Sequence record: DRR723986_4001
Length of the DNA stretch: 38,618 nt
Direction: 5' to 3' (one strand)
The notes beneath the pieces were generated by a model. The model searched no databases. It worked only from the letters and a program-made list of their open reading frames with translations, and had not been told where the DNA came from. The position numbers and the translations under genes are program-made. Below, piece after piece: positions 9,882 to 19,592 of this stretch (its first letter is position 1; each line of letters opens with the position of its first letter).

Positions 9882-9890
9882 CCGGCGGGT

Positions 9891-10916
9891 TCAAGTCCTC
9901 AGCGGCGCAGTGCTTTCGCGGACGATCAATTCGACCGGGATCGGCACTTCGGGCGTGCGTTCAAGGCTTTTGTTTTTCAACCGGTCCAAAAGCACCCGCG
10001 CAGCGCGGCGGCCCAATCCGTGGCGGTCTTGCCGGATCGTTGTCAGTGCCGGAATATAGTATTCGGACATTTCGATGTCGTCGAACCCGACGACAGATAT
10101 ATCTTCTGGCACCCGCAATCCGCCGCTCTTTAGCCCCGCCATCAGGCCAAAGGCCACCATGTCGGCCGAACAAAAGACAGCTGTGGGCCGGTCGTCCATG
10201 GCCAGAATGCGGGTTGCTGCGTCATGCCCCGATTCCAGTGAAAAATCACCCCGGATGATCCATTCAGGTTGCGCCGGCAAGCCAAGTCGGGCGCGTTCGG
10301 ATACCATGCCCTCCCGCCGGGCCGTGGTCAGAACATTGCCGTCCGGTCCTGTAATATGGGCGATCTTGCGATGCCCAAGATCATGTAGATGCCGAATGGC
10401 AAGCCGCGCCCCTTCGGCGTTGTCACTGGAAATGACGGGGAACTTTTGGCCTTCGACCCATTCACACAAAAAGACGATCCGGTCCTCGACCCCAAGATCG
10501 ACGCATTCCTGCAAAGCCGAGGCCCGCACTCCGCCATCCAGAGAAATCACACCATCAACACGACCATCCAAAAAGTATCCGGCAAGGGCGGAATCAACAA
10601 TCGGATCACTGTCCGTATCGGCGATCAGAACCGCATAGTCCGTGCCAGAGAATTCTTCGCTGATGCCTGCCAGAATACCCGAATAAAACGGCTTGCCGAG
10701 ATTGGGCACCAGAACAAGCACCGCATTTGCGCGTTGCAGACGCAGATTTCGTGCCGCCTGATTGACCCTGTATTCGGTGCTCTTGATCGCTTGGAGCACA
10801 GTTTCGCGGGTGGTGTCGCTGACCAGACTGGGGTTGGTCAAAACCCGGCTGACCGTCGCGGCTGACACCCCCGCTGCACGGGCCACATCCTGAATTGTTG
10901 CGGGTTTCTGAATCAT
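9891..10916 (-). CDS. LacI family transcriptional regulator
   Basis: HTH TIQDVARAAGVSAATVSRVL; C-terminal VPEDISVVGFDD...PALTTIRQ. Confidence 0.95.
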   Translation of the reverse strand: MIQKPATIQDVARAAGVSAATVSRVLTNPSLVSDTTRETVLQAIKSTEYRVNQAARNLRLQRANAVLVLVPNLGKPFYSGILAGISEEFSGTDYAVLIADTDSDPIVDSALAGYFLDGRVDGVISLDGGVRASALQECVDLGVEDRIVFLCEWVEGQKFPVISSDNAEGARLAIRHLHDLGHRKIAHITGPDGNVLTTARREGMVSERARLGLPAQPEWIIRGDFSLESGHDAATRILAMDDRPTAVFCSADMVAFGLMAGLKSGGLRVPEDISVVGFDDIEMSEYYIPALTTIRQDRHGLGRRAARVLLDRLKNKSLERTPEVPIPVELIVRESTAPLRT

Positions 10917-10946
10917 CTACGCGGGTCGCCATCTATCATTTTTCTG

Positions 10947-10976
10947 TTGACACGAATCTCTTGTCTTGCCGATTAT
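10947..10976 (+). promoter_or_regulatory. Sigma70-type promoter for the 11104-20701 operon
   Basis: Perfect TTGACA (10947-10952), 18-nt spacer, GATTAT (10971-10976). Confidence 0.6.
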
Positions 10977-10990
10977 GTAATCGATTTCAT
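10975..10990. promoter_or_regulatory. LacI-type operator O1
   Basis: ATGTAATCGATTTCAT, near-perfect palindrome with central CG, overlapping the -10 element. Confidence 0.8.
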
Positions 10991-11017
10991 GTTCTGAAAA
11001 GACTTAATTGGTCGAAA

Positions 11018-11031
11018 TGAAATCGATTTCA
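11018..11031. promoter_or_regulatory. LacI-type operator O2
   Basis: TGAAATCGATTTCA, perfect 14-bp palindrome; centre 42 bp from O1. Confidence 0.82.
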
Positions 11032-11062
11032 GGACGCATTCAGTGCGTTAGAGGGGGATGGC

Positions 11063-11107
11063 ATGAGACCGGCCAGAAACGGCAAGACAATGACTGTGAT
11101 GTCATGA
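11063..11107 (+). other. Possible 14-aa leader ORF (MRPARNGKTMTVMS)
   Basis: GAGGGGG SD at 11051-11057; its TGA overlaps the SDR start codon (ATGA). Confidence 0.3.
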
Positions 11108-11832
11108 GCGCAGCGGCGAAATTCGATTTTTCCGGCGCCCGGATCATCGTGATCGGCGCCAGCCGTGGCGGCATTGGCGCGGCCATTGCGCGGGCGTTTC
11201 AGGACGCGGGGGGCACGGTTGAGATCACCGGCGCAGAACCCGAATGCCTGCCCGAGGACGCGGCGCGGTTTCCATATACGCAGCTTGACGTGACCGACAC
11301 CGATGCCGTGGAGAGTTTTGCCAAAAGCCGGGGCGAATTGGATGTGCTGGTCAATTGCGCCGCCATCACCAAGCGCGGCGAAGAGATGGACCCAGAGTTC
11401 TTTCAACATGTGCTGAACGTGAACCTCGTCGGCTCCATGCGCTGCGCCAAGGCGCTGCAGGGGGCGCTTGCCAAACGGCAGGGGCGCGTCATCAATATTG
11501 CGTCGATGTATGCCCGCTTTGGCTCACCCCAGAACCCTGCTTATGGCGCATCCAAAGCCGGGGTTGAGCAGATGACAAAATCGCTGGCCATCGCTTGGGC
11601 GCCCGATGGTATCCGCGTCAACGCCATCGCGCCGGGTTTCATTGTCACCGCACAATCAGCCCGCGCAAGGCAAGATCCGGCGTTTACCGATGCCATCGAG
11701 GCCCGCACCCCGCTGGGCCGCTGGGGGCAGCCGGACGACATCGCCGGGTTGGCGCTGTTTCTGGGGTCTGATGCGTCCCAGTTCATGACCGGGGTCTGTG
11801 TGCCCGTGGATGGAGGATATTCTGTTGTCTGA
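11104..11832 (+). CDS. Short-chain dehydrogenase/reductase (SDR)
   Basis: GASRGGIG, NCAA, YGASK, RVNAIAPG and VDGG motifs; the longer ORF call would start inside the operators. Confidence 0.9.
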   Translation: MSAAAKFDFSGARIIVIGASRGGIGAAIARAFQDAGGTVEITGAEPECLPEDAARFPYTQLDVTDTDAVESFAKSRGELDVLVNCAAITKRGEEMDPEFFQHVLNVNLVGSMRCAKALQGALAKRQGRVINIASMYARFGSPQNPAYGASKAGVEQMTKSLAIAWAPDGIRVNAIAPGFIVTAQSARARQDPAFTDAIEARTPLGRWGQPDDIAGLALFLGSDASQFMTGVCVPVDGGYSVV

Positions 11833-11843
11833 GGAGACCCACC

Positions 11844-12998
11844 TTGTCTGATGTTTCGCAAATCAATGCGGCGGTCATTGGGACCGGATTCATTGGCACT
11901 GTGCATGTGCAGGCGCTGCGCCGTCTTGGCGTGCGGATTGCCGGTGTGTTGGGATCATCGCCGGAACGCGGCGCTGCACGCGCGGCTGAGATCGGCGTTG
12001 GCCATGCCTATGCCTCGCTTGATGATCTGTTGGCGGATGATGTGGTGGATGTGGTGCATGTCACTTCGCCCAATCATGCGCATTACCCGCAAGTAAAGGC
12101 GATTATCAGCGCTGGAAAACACGTCGTTTGTGAAAAACCCTTGGCCATGACAAGCGCCCAATCGGCAGAGATGGCAGTGCTGGCCAAGGCATCAGGCAAG
12201 ATTTGCGCGGTCTGCTACAACATCCGGTTTTATCCCCTGAACCAACAGGCGCAAGGGATGGTGAAAGCCGGGGAATTGGGTGATTTGCGTTTCGTTACAG
12301 GGCATTATCATCAGGATTGGCTGGCCAAAGCGACCGACTGGAACTGGCGGCTGCAATCCGAGGAGGGCGGCGCCCTGCGTTCGGTGGGTGATATCGGCAC
12401 GCATTGGGTGGATTTGACCAGCTTTATCATGGGCCTGAAAGCCAAATCTGTGTTTGCCGACCTCAGCACATTCCTGCCCGAGCGGCAGCGGCCAACAGGA
12501 CCGGTTGAAACATTCTCAAGCGCCGAGGGCACAACTGAACCGGTGGCGATCGACACCGATGATGCAGCCGCGATCATGATCCGCTATGAAAACGGCGCAA
12601 GGGGTGTGATGACCACCTCGCAGATCAACATTGGCCGCAAGAATTCACTGCAATGGGACATCGCCGGCAGCATGGCCAGTGCCGCATGGGACAGTGAAAC
12701 GCCTGATCATCTGTTTATCGGGCATCGCGATGCCCCGAACCAAACGTTGATGCGCGACTTCACTTTGATGAACGAAACCGGCACCCGCGCGGCATCCCTG
12801 CCGCCCGGCCATGTCGAAGGGTTTGCAGACAGCTTCTTTGCCTTCTTCGGTGCGGTTTACGCCGATGTCGCTGCGGGCAGCCGTGGAGATCACAGCACCT
12901 GGGCCACGTTTGATGACGGCCATTATGAAATGAAATTCTGCGATGCCGTGCTGAAATCAGCGCAAGAGGCGCGCTGGGTCAATCTGGACGAGATTTGA
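11844..12998 (+). CDS. Gfo/Idh/MocA family oxidoreductase
   Basis: GAGGAG RBS with TTG start; GTGFIG, CEKP, DIGTHW motifs. Confidence 0.92.
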   Translation: MSDVSQINAAVIGTGFIGTVHVQALRRLGVRIAGVLGSSPERGAARAAEIGVGHAYASLDDLLADDVVDVVHVTSPNHAHYPQVKAIISAGKHVVCEKPLAMTSAQSAEMAVLAKASGKICAVCYNIRFYPLNQQAQGMVKAGELGDLRFVTGHYHQDWLAKATDWNWRLQSEEGGALRSVGDIGTHWVDLTSFIMGLKAKSVFADLSTFLPERQRPTGPVETFSSAEGTTEPVAIDTDDAAAIMIRYENGARGVMTTSQINIGRKNSLQWDIAGSMASAAWDSETPDHLFIGHRDAPNQTLMRDFTLMNETGTRAASLPPGHVEGFADSFFAFFGAVYADVAAGSRGDHSTWATFDDGHYEMKFCDAVLKSAQEARWVNLDEI

Positions 12999-13008
12999 GG
13001 GGAGCGAC

Positions 13009-13923
13009 ATGAAACTTGGAATTCTAAGTGTGCCATTTGAAGACCAAAGTCTGATGGAGGTCGCCGATTGGGCAAGCGCAAACGGCTTTTCGGCGATGGA
13101 GATCGCCTGCTGGCCACAATCAAGCGGTGACAGGCGGCGTTATGCCGGAACTTGTCATATCAACGTGGATGGTTTGACCGCGGCGCAGGGCAAGGACATC
13201 AAGGACGGGCTGGAGGCCAAGGGGATCGAGATTTCCGGCCTTGGGTTTTACCCAAACCCACTCCACGCCGATGCGGCGCACCGCGATGATGTGATCGGCC
13301 ATCTGACCAAGGTGATCAAAGCGGCGGGCGCTATGGGCGTGCCGGTGGTCAACACCTTTGTGGGTGGAGATCGGACGTTGAACGTCGATGAAAACTGGAC
13401 CCGTGCGCAAGCGATTTTTGCACCTATCGTGGCGCAGGCCAAGGATGCAGGCGTCAAGCTTTGCTTTGAAAACTGCCCGATGATCTTTTCCAACGACGAA
13501 TGGCCCGGCGGTCACAACATCGCCTATTCGCCCAAGATCTGGCGCCGCATTTTTGAGGAATGGGGCGACGATGTGGGCATGAATTTCGACCCATCACATC
13601 TGATCTGGCAATTCATTGATCAGACCCGCTTTATCAAAGAGTTTGGCCCCCAGATTGGCCATGTGCACGCCAAAGACCTGATGATTGATCACGATGGTCT
13701 TTACGAAAATGGTATCATGTCAGCAGGCATGGGCTGGCAAGTGCCGCGCCTTTGCGGGCTGGGGGATGTCAATTGGTCGGATTTCTTTTCCGGTCTCTAC
13801 CGGGCTGGCTATGACGGCCCGGTCATTATCGAGCATGAAGACAGGCTGTTCGAAGGCACGGACGAAAAGGTCAAGCGCGGCTTCCTACTGGCGCGCGACG
13901 TGCTGCAACCGTTCATCAAGTAA
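13009..13923 (+). CDS. Sugar phosphate isomerase/epimerase (xylose-isomerase-like TIM barrel, AP_endonuc_2)
   Basis: Metal-ligand pattern FEN, NFDPSH, HVHAKD, IEHED; GGGGAG RBS. Confidence 0.9.
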   Translation: MKLGILSVPFEDQSLMEVADWASANGFSAMEIACWPQSSGDRRRYAGTCHINVDGLTAAQGKDIKDGLEAKGIEISGLGFYPNPLHADAAHRDDVIGHLTKVIKAAGAMGVPVVNTFVGGDRTLNVDENWTRAQAIFAPIVAQAKDAGVKLCFENCPMIFSNDEWPGGHNIAYSPKIWRRIFEEWGDDVGMNFDPSHLIWQFIDQTRFIKEFGPQIGHVHAKDLMIDHDGLYENGIMSAGMGWQVPRLCGLGDVNWSDFFSGLYRAGYDGPVIIEHEDRLFEGTDEKVKRGFLLARDVLQPFIK

Positions 13924-13979
13924 TTGGGCGCAAAAGCCCGACAATCACCACACGTAATCTTCATTTGGGAGGAAATAAC

Positions 13980-15008
13980 ATGAAGAAACTACTCACAAGC
14001 GCGGCGGCTCTTGCAATCGCGGCCACCATGGCCCCGGCGGCATTCGCGGCGGATTATTCCATCGGCATATCCAACACCGTGCAAGGCAACGGCTGGCGCG
14101 AACAGATGATCTGCGCGATGCGGGCGCAGGCGCTGGTCGAAGAGGATGTGTCCAACCTGATCGTGGCACACCGCAACACCGATTCCGCAGGTCAGCTGGA
14201 AGATCTCAACAACCTGATCGAGGCGGGCGTTGATGCCATCGTTCTCAACCCTTCAAACCCCGATGCATTGAACTCTGCGCTGGAAATGGCGATGGAAAAG
14301 GGCATCGTTGTGGTCGCGGTTGACGCGGGTGTGTCGGCGGAAGGTGCCTACATCCTGTCCAACAACCAGGAAGAATATGCCTATCTGGGCGCAAAGTGGC
14401 TGTTTGAACAGGTCGGCGGCAAGGGCGACATTGTCTATATGCGCGGCATTGCCGGCGTGTCGGCAGACAGCGACCGTGACAATGGCTTCAAGCGGGCTTT
14501 GGAAGAGTTTCCGGGCATCAACATCGTCCACGAAGTGTTCACCGGCTGGCAGCAGGACCAGGGCAAACAACAGATGTTTGACTATCTGGCAACGGGCATT
14601 CCGTTTGATGGTGTCTGGACGTCGGGGATCGACAACGTAATCGTTGATGCCTTTGTAGAATCCGGCGCACCGCTGGTGCCGATCGTTGGCGCCGACAACG
14701 CGGGCTTTGTTCAGTATCTGACCGAAGTGGATGGTCTGACCGGCGCGGCCGTGACCAACCCCGGATCGGTTGGCGGTGCAGGCGTTGCGCTTGCTGTCGA
14801 TATTCTCAATGGCAAAGCACCGGGCGAGAAAACCGTGCTGGTTGATCCGGTTCTGTGGGAAAACGCCACTGATGGCGGACGCGCGACCATCACCGCGGCG
14901 CAGAACCCGAACCTCGATCCTGAATGGCCCGTGTCCGTCACTGTGCCGGGCTGGACCGATTACACGATGGATCAGATCATCGCCTGCAAAGGCCCAGGCG
15001 ACAGCTGA
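13980..15008 (+). CDS. Sugar ABC transporter substrate-binding protein (CUT2, ribose-binding-like)
   Basis: GGGAGG RBS; signal peptide MKKLLTSAAALAIAATMAPAAFA; GVDAIVLNP motif. Confidence 0.92.
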   Translation: MKKLLTSAAALAIAATMAPAAFAADYSIGISNTVQGNGWREQMICAMRAQALVEEDVSNLIVAHRNTDSAGQLEDLNNLIEAGVDAIVLNPSNPDALNSALEMAMEKGIVVVAVDAGVSAEGAYILSNNQEEYAYLGAKWLFEQVGGKGDIVYMRGIAGVSADSDRDNGFKRALEEFPGINIVHEVFTGWQQDQGKQQMFDYLATGIPFDGVWTSGIDNVIVDAFVESGAPLVPIVGADNAGFVQYLTEVDGLTGAAVTNPGSVGGAGVALAVDILNGKAPGEKTVLVDPVLWENATDGGRATITAAQNPNLDPEWPVSVTVPGWTDYTMDQIIACKGPGDS

Positions 15009-15022
15009 TCAACACCCGGAAC

Positions 15023-15050
15023 GCCCCCGCCCGACCTGTCGGGCGGGGGC
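15023..15050 (+). terminator. GC-rich stem-loop after the SBP gene (mRNA stabiliser or partial terminator)
   Basis: GCCCCCGCCCGAC-CT-GTCGGGCGGGGGC, perfect 13-bp inverted repeat; no U tract. Confidence 0.7.
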
Positions 15051-15079
15051 ACCCATTCGAGAAAAGAACACGCATTCCC

Positions 15080-16564
15080 ATGAACGCAAATCAGATCCTA
15101 GATGCCAGCGGCATCGCCAAAAGCTTTGGCGCTGTCAAAGCGCTCGTTGATGCCAGCCTCAGTGTCTCGGAGGGCGAGATTGTCGCGCTGATGGGTGCCA
15201 ACGGCGCAGGCAAATCGACATTTGTGAAAATTATAACCGGGGCGCTGAACCCGGACAGCGGCAAGGTGCTCATTCGCGGCAAGCAAGCCCGAGTTGGAAG
15301 CCCGGCCGAAGCCCGTCGTTCCGGCCTTGTGCCGGTCTATCAAGAACCCTCGTTGATCCCCGATCTGGACGTTGCCGACAATCTGCGGCTGACCGATACA
15401 CCCGTCGCCCCGTTTGAGCGTTGGGTCAAGGAATTGGGCATCGAGGGGCTGGCCCTGTCAGACATGGTGGGCGATCTGCCATTGGCCACTTTGCGCATTC
15501 TCGATCTGGCCCGCGCACTGGCAAGCGAGCCGGATGTGCTGTTGCTGGATGAAATGACTGCCGCATTGCCATCGGATCTGGTTGAGCGTGTGCTGAAAGT
15601 GACGCGGCAACAGGCGGACAAGGGCATGGGGGTGATCTATGTCTCGCACCGCTTTAACGAAATTTCCGAATTGTGTGACCGCGCCACAGTGCTGCGCGAC
15701 GGCCAAACCGTCGGCGATCTGGTCATTGAGCCGGGCGTCGAGGATCGCGCCGTTGAATTGATGCTGGGGCAACGGCTTGATCTTGCCGCCCGCGAGGTCG
15801 ACAAAACGCGCGGCACCATCGGTGACACCCCGCGCGTGCGGGTCAAGGGCGTGGCGATTGCGCCGAAGGTCACTGATATCTCTTTTGACATGTACCCCGG
15901 CGAAGTGCTCGGCGTGGTTGCCCTGGAAGGTCAGGGGCAAGACGAATTGTTTGAATGTCTGGCGGGCTTCATGCCGCCCACGGCAGGCAGCATCGACGTA
16001 AACGGCACCACCACGGCCTTTCGTCACCCCGCAGATGCGATTGCGGCCGGGGTCAAATTTGTGCCCGGCGACCGGGCGGACGCGTTGCTGGCGCAGCGGT
16101 CTGTGCGCGAGAATATCGCGTTGCCCTTTTCGGCACGGATGTCGTCCTGGGGGTGGCTCAAAATGCGCCATGAACGCGAGCGGGTGGCACATGCCATCGA
16201 CCGCTTGCAGATCGACACGCGGGCGCAGGGTGAAGTGCAGCGGCTATCCGGTGGCAATCAGCAAAAGGTCACCATCGGGCGTTGGCTGGCAACCGGCGTT
16301 GAGACGCTTTTGCTGTTTGACCCAACCCGCGGCATTGATGTGCGCACCAAGCGCCAGATCTATCCACTGGTGCGCGAACTGGCCGAACAGGGCTCATCGG
16401 TTCTGTTCTACACCTCGGAACTGGAAGAGATACCCTTGGCCTGCGACCGCGCCGTGGTGATCTTTAATGGCCGCGTTGTCGATATCATCGACGCAGAGAA
16501 TGCGGACGAACAAACGCTGCTGCGTGCGGCTTATGGATTGACGGCACAAGAGGGCGCGGCGTGA
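15080..16564 (+). CDS. Sugar ABC transporter ATP-binding protein (two-domain, RbsA-like)
   Basis: [29 protein letters not shown] motifs. Confidence 0.93.
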   Translation: MNANQILDASGIAKSFGAVKALVDASLSVSEGEIVALMGANGAGKSTFVKIITGALNPDSGKVLIRGKQARVGSPAEARRSGLVPVYQEPSLIPDLDVADNLRLTDTPVAPFERWVKELGIEGLALSDMVGDLPLATLRILDLARALASEPDVLLLDEMTAALPSDLVERVLKVTRQQADKGMGVIYVSHRFNEISELCDRATVLRDGQTVGDLVIEPGVEDRAVELMLGQRLDLAAREVDKTRGTIGDTPRVRVKGVAIAPKVTDISFDMYPGEVLGVVALEGQGQDELFECLAGFMPPTAGSIDVNGTTTAFRHPADAIAAGVKFVPGDRADALLAQRSVRENIALPFSARMSSWGWLKMRHERERVAHAIDRLQIDTRAQGEVQRLSGGNQQKVTIGRWLATGVETLLLFDPTRGIDVRTKRQIYPLVRELAEQGSSVLFYTSELEEIPLACDRAVVIFNGRVVDIIDAENADEQTLLRAAYGLTAQEGAA

Positions 16565-17499
16565 GCGATATTATCAAAAAGAATGCATGGGTGGCCGGGC
16601 TTTTGGCCCTGCTCATCGTGCTGTTGGTTCTGACCAAGATCATCCAACCGTCGTTCGGCATGTCCGGCCTCGAAAGCGTGGCCCGTGCCGCCCTGCCCTT
16701 TGCCTTTGCCACTGCGGGCATGGCGGTGGTGGTCATTGTCGGCGGCATCGACCTTTCGGTTGCCTCAATGATGGCGGTTTGCGCGGTCACAGCCGCCGTT
16801 CTGATGGAAAGAATGGCAGGCGTGCCCGCCATCCTGATCGTGCTGGGGTTGGGATTTGTCATGGGGTTGGTCAATGGCGGGCTGATCGTGCTGACGCGCG
16901 TGCCTGACATTGTGGTGACCCTGGCGATGCTCTTTGTCTGGGAGGGCGTTGCCCTGCTCATTCTGGAATCCCCCGGCGGCGCGACAACCGAATGGCTCAA
17001 GCAAAGCATTCGCGGCAGTGTGATCCCCTTTGTGCCAAATGCGCTGGCGATCATCGCCGCCTGTGTGGCACTCGTCTGGATCCCGCTGCGCCGCTCGAAA
17101 CTGGGCATTTCCATCTACGCCACCGGCTCGGACGAGCTGGCCGCGTTCCGCTCTGGCGTGGCGGTTGGACGCACCAAGATCGTTGCTTATGGCGTCTGCG
17201 GCATGTTCTGCGCCTTTGGCGGGCTCAGCCTCGCCTCGCTCACCGGGATCGGAGAGCCGGTGCCGGGGCCGTATCTGATGGCATCGGTCGCAGCCGTTGT
17301 TCTGGGCGGTGTGGTTCTGGGCGGAGGTCGCGGAGGATTGCTTGGCCCGATCATTGCGGTCTTTATCTTGCGGATTGTGCGGACGATCCTGACACTTCTG
17401 GCTGTTGACCCAAATGTCACCACCATCATCGAAGGCACCATCATGGTGGGTGTGGTGATGTTGGGCACAGCCGCAACTTTGCGGGGGGCCAGAAAATGA
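16561..17499 (+). CDS. Sugar ABC transporter permease (RbsC-like)
   Basis: GTGA overlap; GGIDLSV and AAVVLGG motifs. Confidence 0.92.
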   Translation: MSDIIKKNAWVAGLLALLIVLLVLTKIIQPSFGMSGLESVARAALPFAFATAGMAVVVIVGGIDLSVASMMAVCAVTAAVLMERMAGVPAILIVLGLGFVMGLVNGGLIVLTRVPDIVVTLAMLFVWEGVALLILESPGGATTEWLKQSIRGSVIPFVPNALAIIAACVALVWIPLRRSKLGISIYATGSDELAAFRSGVAVGRTKIVAYGVCGMFCAFGGLSLASLTGIGEPVPGPYLMASVAAVVLGGVVLGGGRGGLLGPIIAVFILRIVRTILTLLAVDPNVTTIIEGTIMVGVVMLGTAATLRGARK

Positions 17500-18503
17500 A
17501 CATGGCAACGACCGATTCATCAATGGTCCGCTTTGGCCGCTTTCTGCGCGACAATCCGGTTATTCCGCTTTTGGCCTTTCTGGTTCTGATGATCGCGGTT
17601 CTCGAAGTCATTCGCCCCGGCATCGTGACACCGTTTCGCGCCGGACGTGATGGGCTGATCTCGACCTTCTGGGTTGGCAACCTGATCAAATTCGCGATCC
17701 CGCTTGCGATGCTGGCCGCCTGTCAGGTTTTGACCATGCTGACTGCCGGGATCGACCTGTCAGCCGGTATTGTCGCAACCGTTGCTGCCTTTGTCTGTGC
17801 CACCCTATCGTCGATCTGGGGGCCGATCCCTGCGGTGCTGATTGCGATGTCGATGGGGCTTGTGGTTGGCGTGGTCAACGGTATCGGGGTTGGCGTGGTG
17901 CGGGTGCACCCGCTGATCATGACGCTGGGCACCGGGCTGATCGCAACTGGGTGTATGCAAGTCTATCAGCGCCTTGTGATCAACGCCGGATCCGAAATCC
18001 CTGCCGCGCTGTCATGGCTTGGCACGGGCCGCACGCTGTCTATGCCAAACGGGCTGTTTCTGTTCGTGCCATTTGCGCTCTTTGTCTTTTGGCTTATGCG
18101 GTTTACCGGCTTTGGCCGCTTGCTTTTTGCGCTTGGCTCGAACGAAAACGCGGCCAAGCTGTCCGGGGTGCGGTCATGGCAGGTCTATGTGGCGCTTTAT
18201 GCGCTTTCGGGCCTGATCGCCGCGCTGGCCGGTCTGCTGTATCTCGGGATGATCCGCCAAACCTCGCTCAGCCTTGCGACGCCCTTGCTGCTGCCGTCCG
18301 TGGCGGCGGCGGTGATCGGCGGCACGTCAATCTTTGGCGGGCGCGGCAGCTTTGCCGGAGCGATTGTCGGCGCGTTGATCATCCGGGTTCTGGATACAAT
18401 GCTGACCCTGATGCAAATGCCCGAAGGCGCCCGCACAATGTTGTTCGGGCTGATCATTCTTACCGTGACTGCCATTTATGTGCGCATCACGGGCAGCCGA
18501 TAG
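17496..18503 (+). CDS. Sugar ABC transporter permease (RbsC-like)
   Basis: AGIDLS, GSNENAAKLSGV, AAAVIGGTSIFGGRG motifs. Confidence 0.92.
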   Translation: MNMATTDSSMVRFGRFLRDNPVIPLLAFLVLMIAVLEVIRPGIVTPFRAGRDGLISTFWVGNLIKFAIPLAMLAACQVLTMLTAGIDLSAGIVATVAAFVCATLSSIWGPIPAVLIAMSMGLVVGVVNGIGVGVVRVHPLIMTLGTGLIATGCMQVYQRLVINAGSEIPAALSWLGTGRTLSMPNGLFLFVPFALFVFWLMRFTGFGRLLFALGSNENAAKLSGVRSWQVYVALYALSGLIAALAGLLYLGMIRQTSLSLATPLLLPSVAAAVIGGTSIFGGRGSFAGAIVGALIIRVLDTMLTLMQMPEGARTMLFGLIILTVTAIYVRITGSR

Positions 18504-18515
18504 GAGGACATCCAC

Positions 18516-19592
18516 ATGACCAAATTTCGCGTCGTTGGAATAAGCTTTGACCACATGCATATGGGCGATCTGCTGCGGATGGTGCATGAGCACCCCGAAG
18601 CGGAAATCGCAGGGATCTACGATCCTGATCGCGCCAAGATGCAGGCGGCGATTGATGCGTTTGACCTGCCCGAAGATCGCGTCTTTACCGATTTTGACGC
18701 CTGCATGGCGGCTGGCCCCTATGACATGGCGTTGCTGTGCGTTGCCACCGCGCAACATGCCGAGATGACCGAACGGTTGGCGCCGCATGGATGTCATGTC
18801 CTTGTTGAGAAGCCCTTTGCGGCCTCGGCAGATGATGCCCGGCGGATGATTTCGGCAATGCAAGGCACCGGCAAGCAAATGCTGATCAACTGGCCGCTGC
18901 GCTGGGTCGAAAGCCATGTGACCGCCAAACGGCTGATTGACGAGGGGCTTATTGGAGAGCTGCGCGAGGTGCATTTTTATGACGGCAATCGCGGCCCGCT
19001 TTATCACCTTGCAGACAAGGTCGAGGTCAGCCCCGAAGAGGTCGAGCGTCAGAAGCCGGACTCCTGGTGGTACAAAAAGGCATCGGGCGGCGGCGCTTTG
19101 CTGGATTATATGGGTTACGGCGCAACTCTTGGCACGTGGTACATGGACGGCGAAGCGCCCTTGGAAGTGACCTGCACAGTAGATGAGGTCGCCGGGATCG
19201 AGGTGGATCAACACGCCATTGCGGTGTGCCGCTACGCCCGTGGCCTTTCCAAGATGGAGACCCGTTGGGGCACGTTCACCGACCCTTGGGCGATCCAGCC
19301 GCAACCGACCTGCGGCTTTGTCTTTGTTGGCAGTGACGGGACCATATCGTCGCCCGACTATGCCAGCCATGTGACCGTGCAAACACGGGCCCGCCCCGAG
19401 CAGCATCAGATTGCCGCCGATCCCCTGCCCGCAGGCGAGAGCAACGTGATCGAATACGCCGTCAGCCACCTTAAGCGGGGCGCCGCCATCGACGGCCCGC
19501 TGGCCCCCGATCTGTGCCTGACCGCGCAACGCATCGTCGACACGGCCATGCAATCGGCCGTTGAAAAACGGACATTGAGCCTGCTGCCATGA
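18516..19592 (+). CDS. Gfo/Idh/MocA family oxidoreductase
   Basis: AGGAGG RBS; VEKP, GGGALLDYMGY; atypical N-terminal GISFDHMH in place of GxGxxG. Confidence 0.88.
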   Translation: MTKFRVVGISFDHMHMGDLLRMVHEHPEAEIAGIYDPDRAKMQAAIDAFDLPEDRVFTDFDACMAAGPYDMALLCVATAQHAEMTERLAPHGCHVLVEKPFAASADDARRMISAMQGTGKQMLINWPLRWVESHVTAKRLIDEGLIGELREVHFYDGNRGPLYHLADKVEVSPEEVERQKPDSWWYKKASGGGALLDYMGYGATLGTWYMDGEAPLEVTCTVDEVAGIEVDQHAIAVCRYARGLSKMETRWGTFTDPWAIQPQPTCGFVFVGSDGTISSPDYASHVTVQTRARPEQHQIAADPLPAGESNVIEYAVSHLKRGAAIDGPLAPDLCLTAQRIVDTAMQSAVEKRTLSLLP

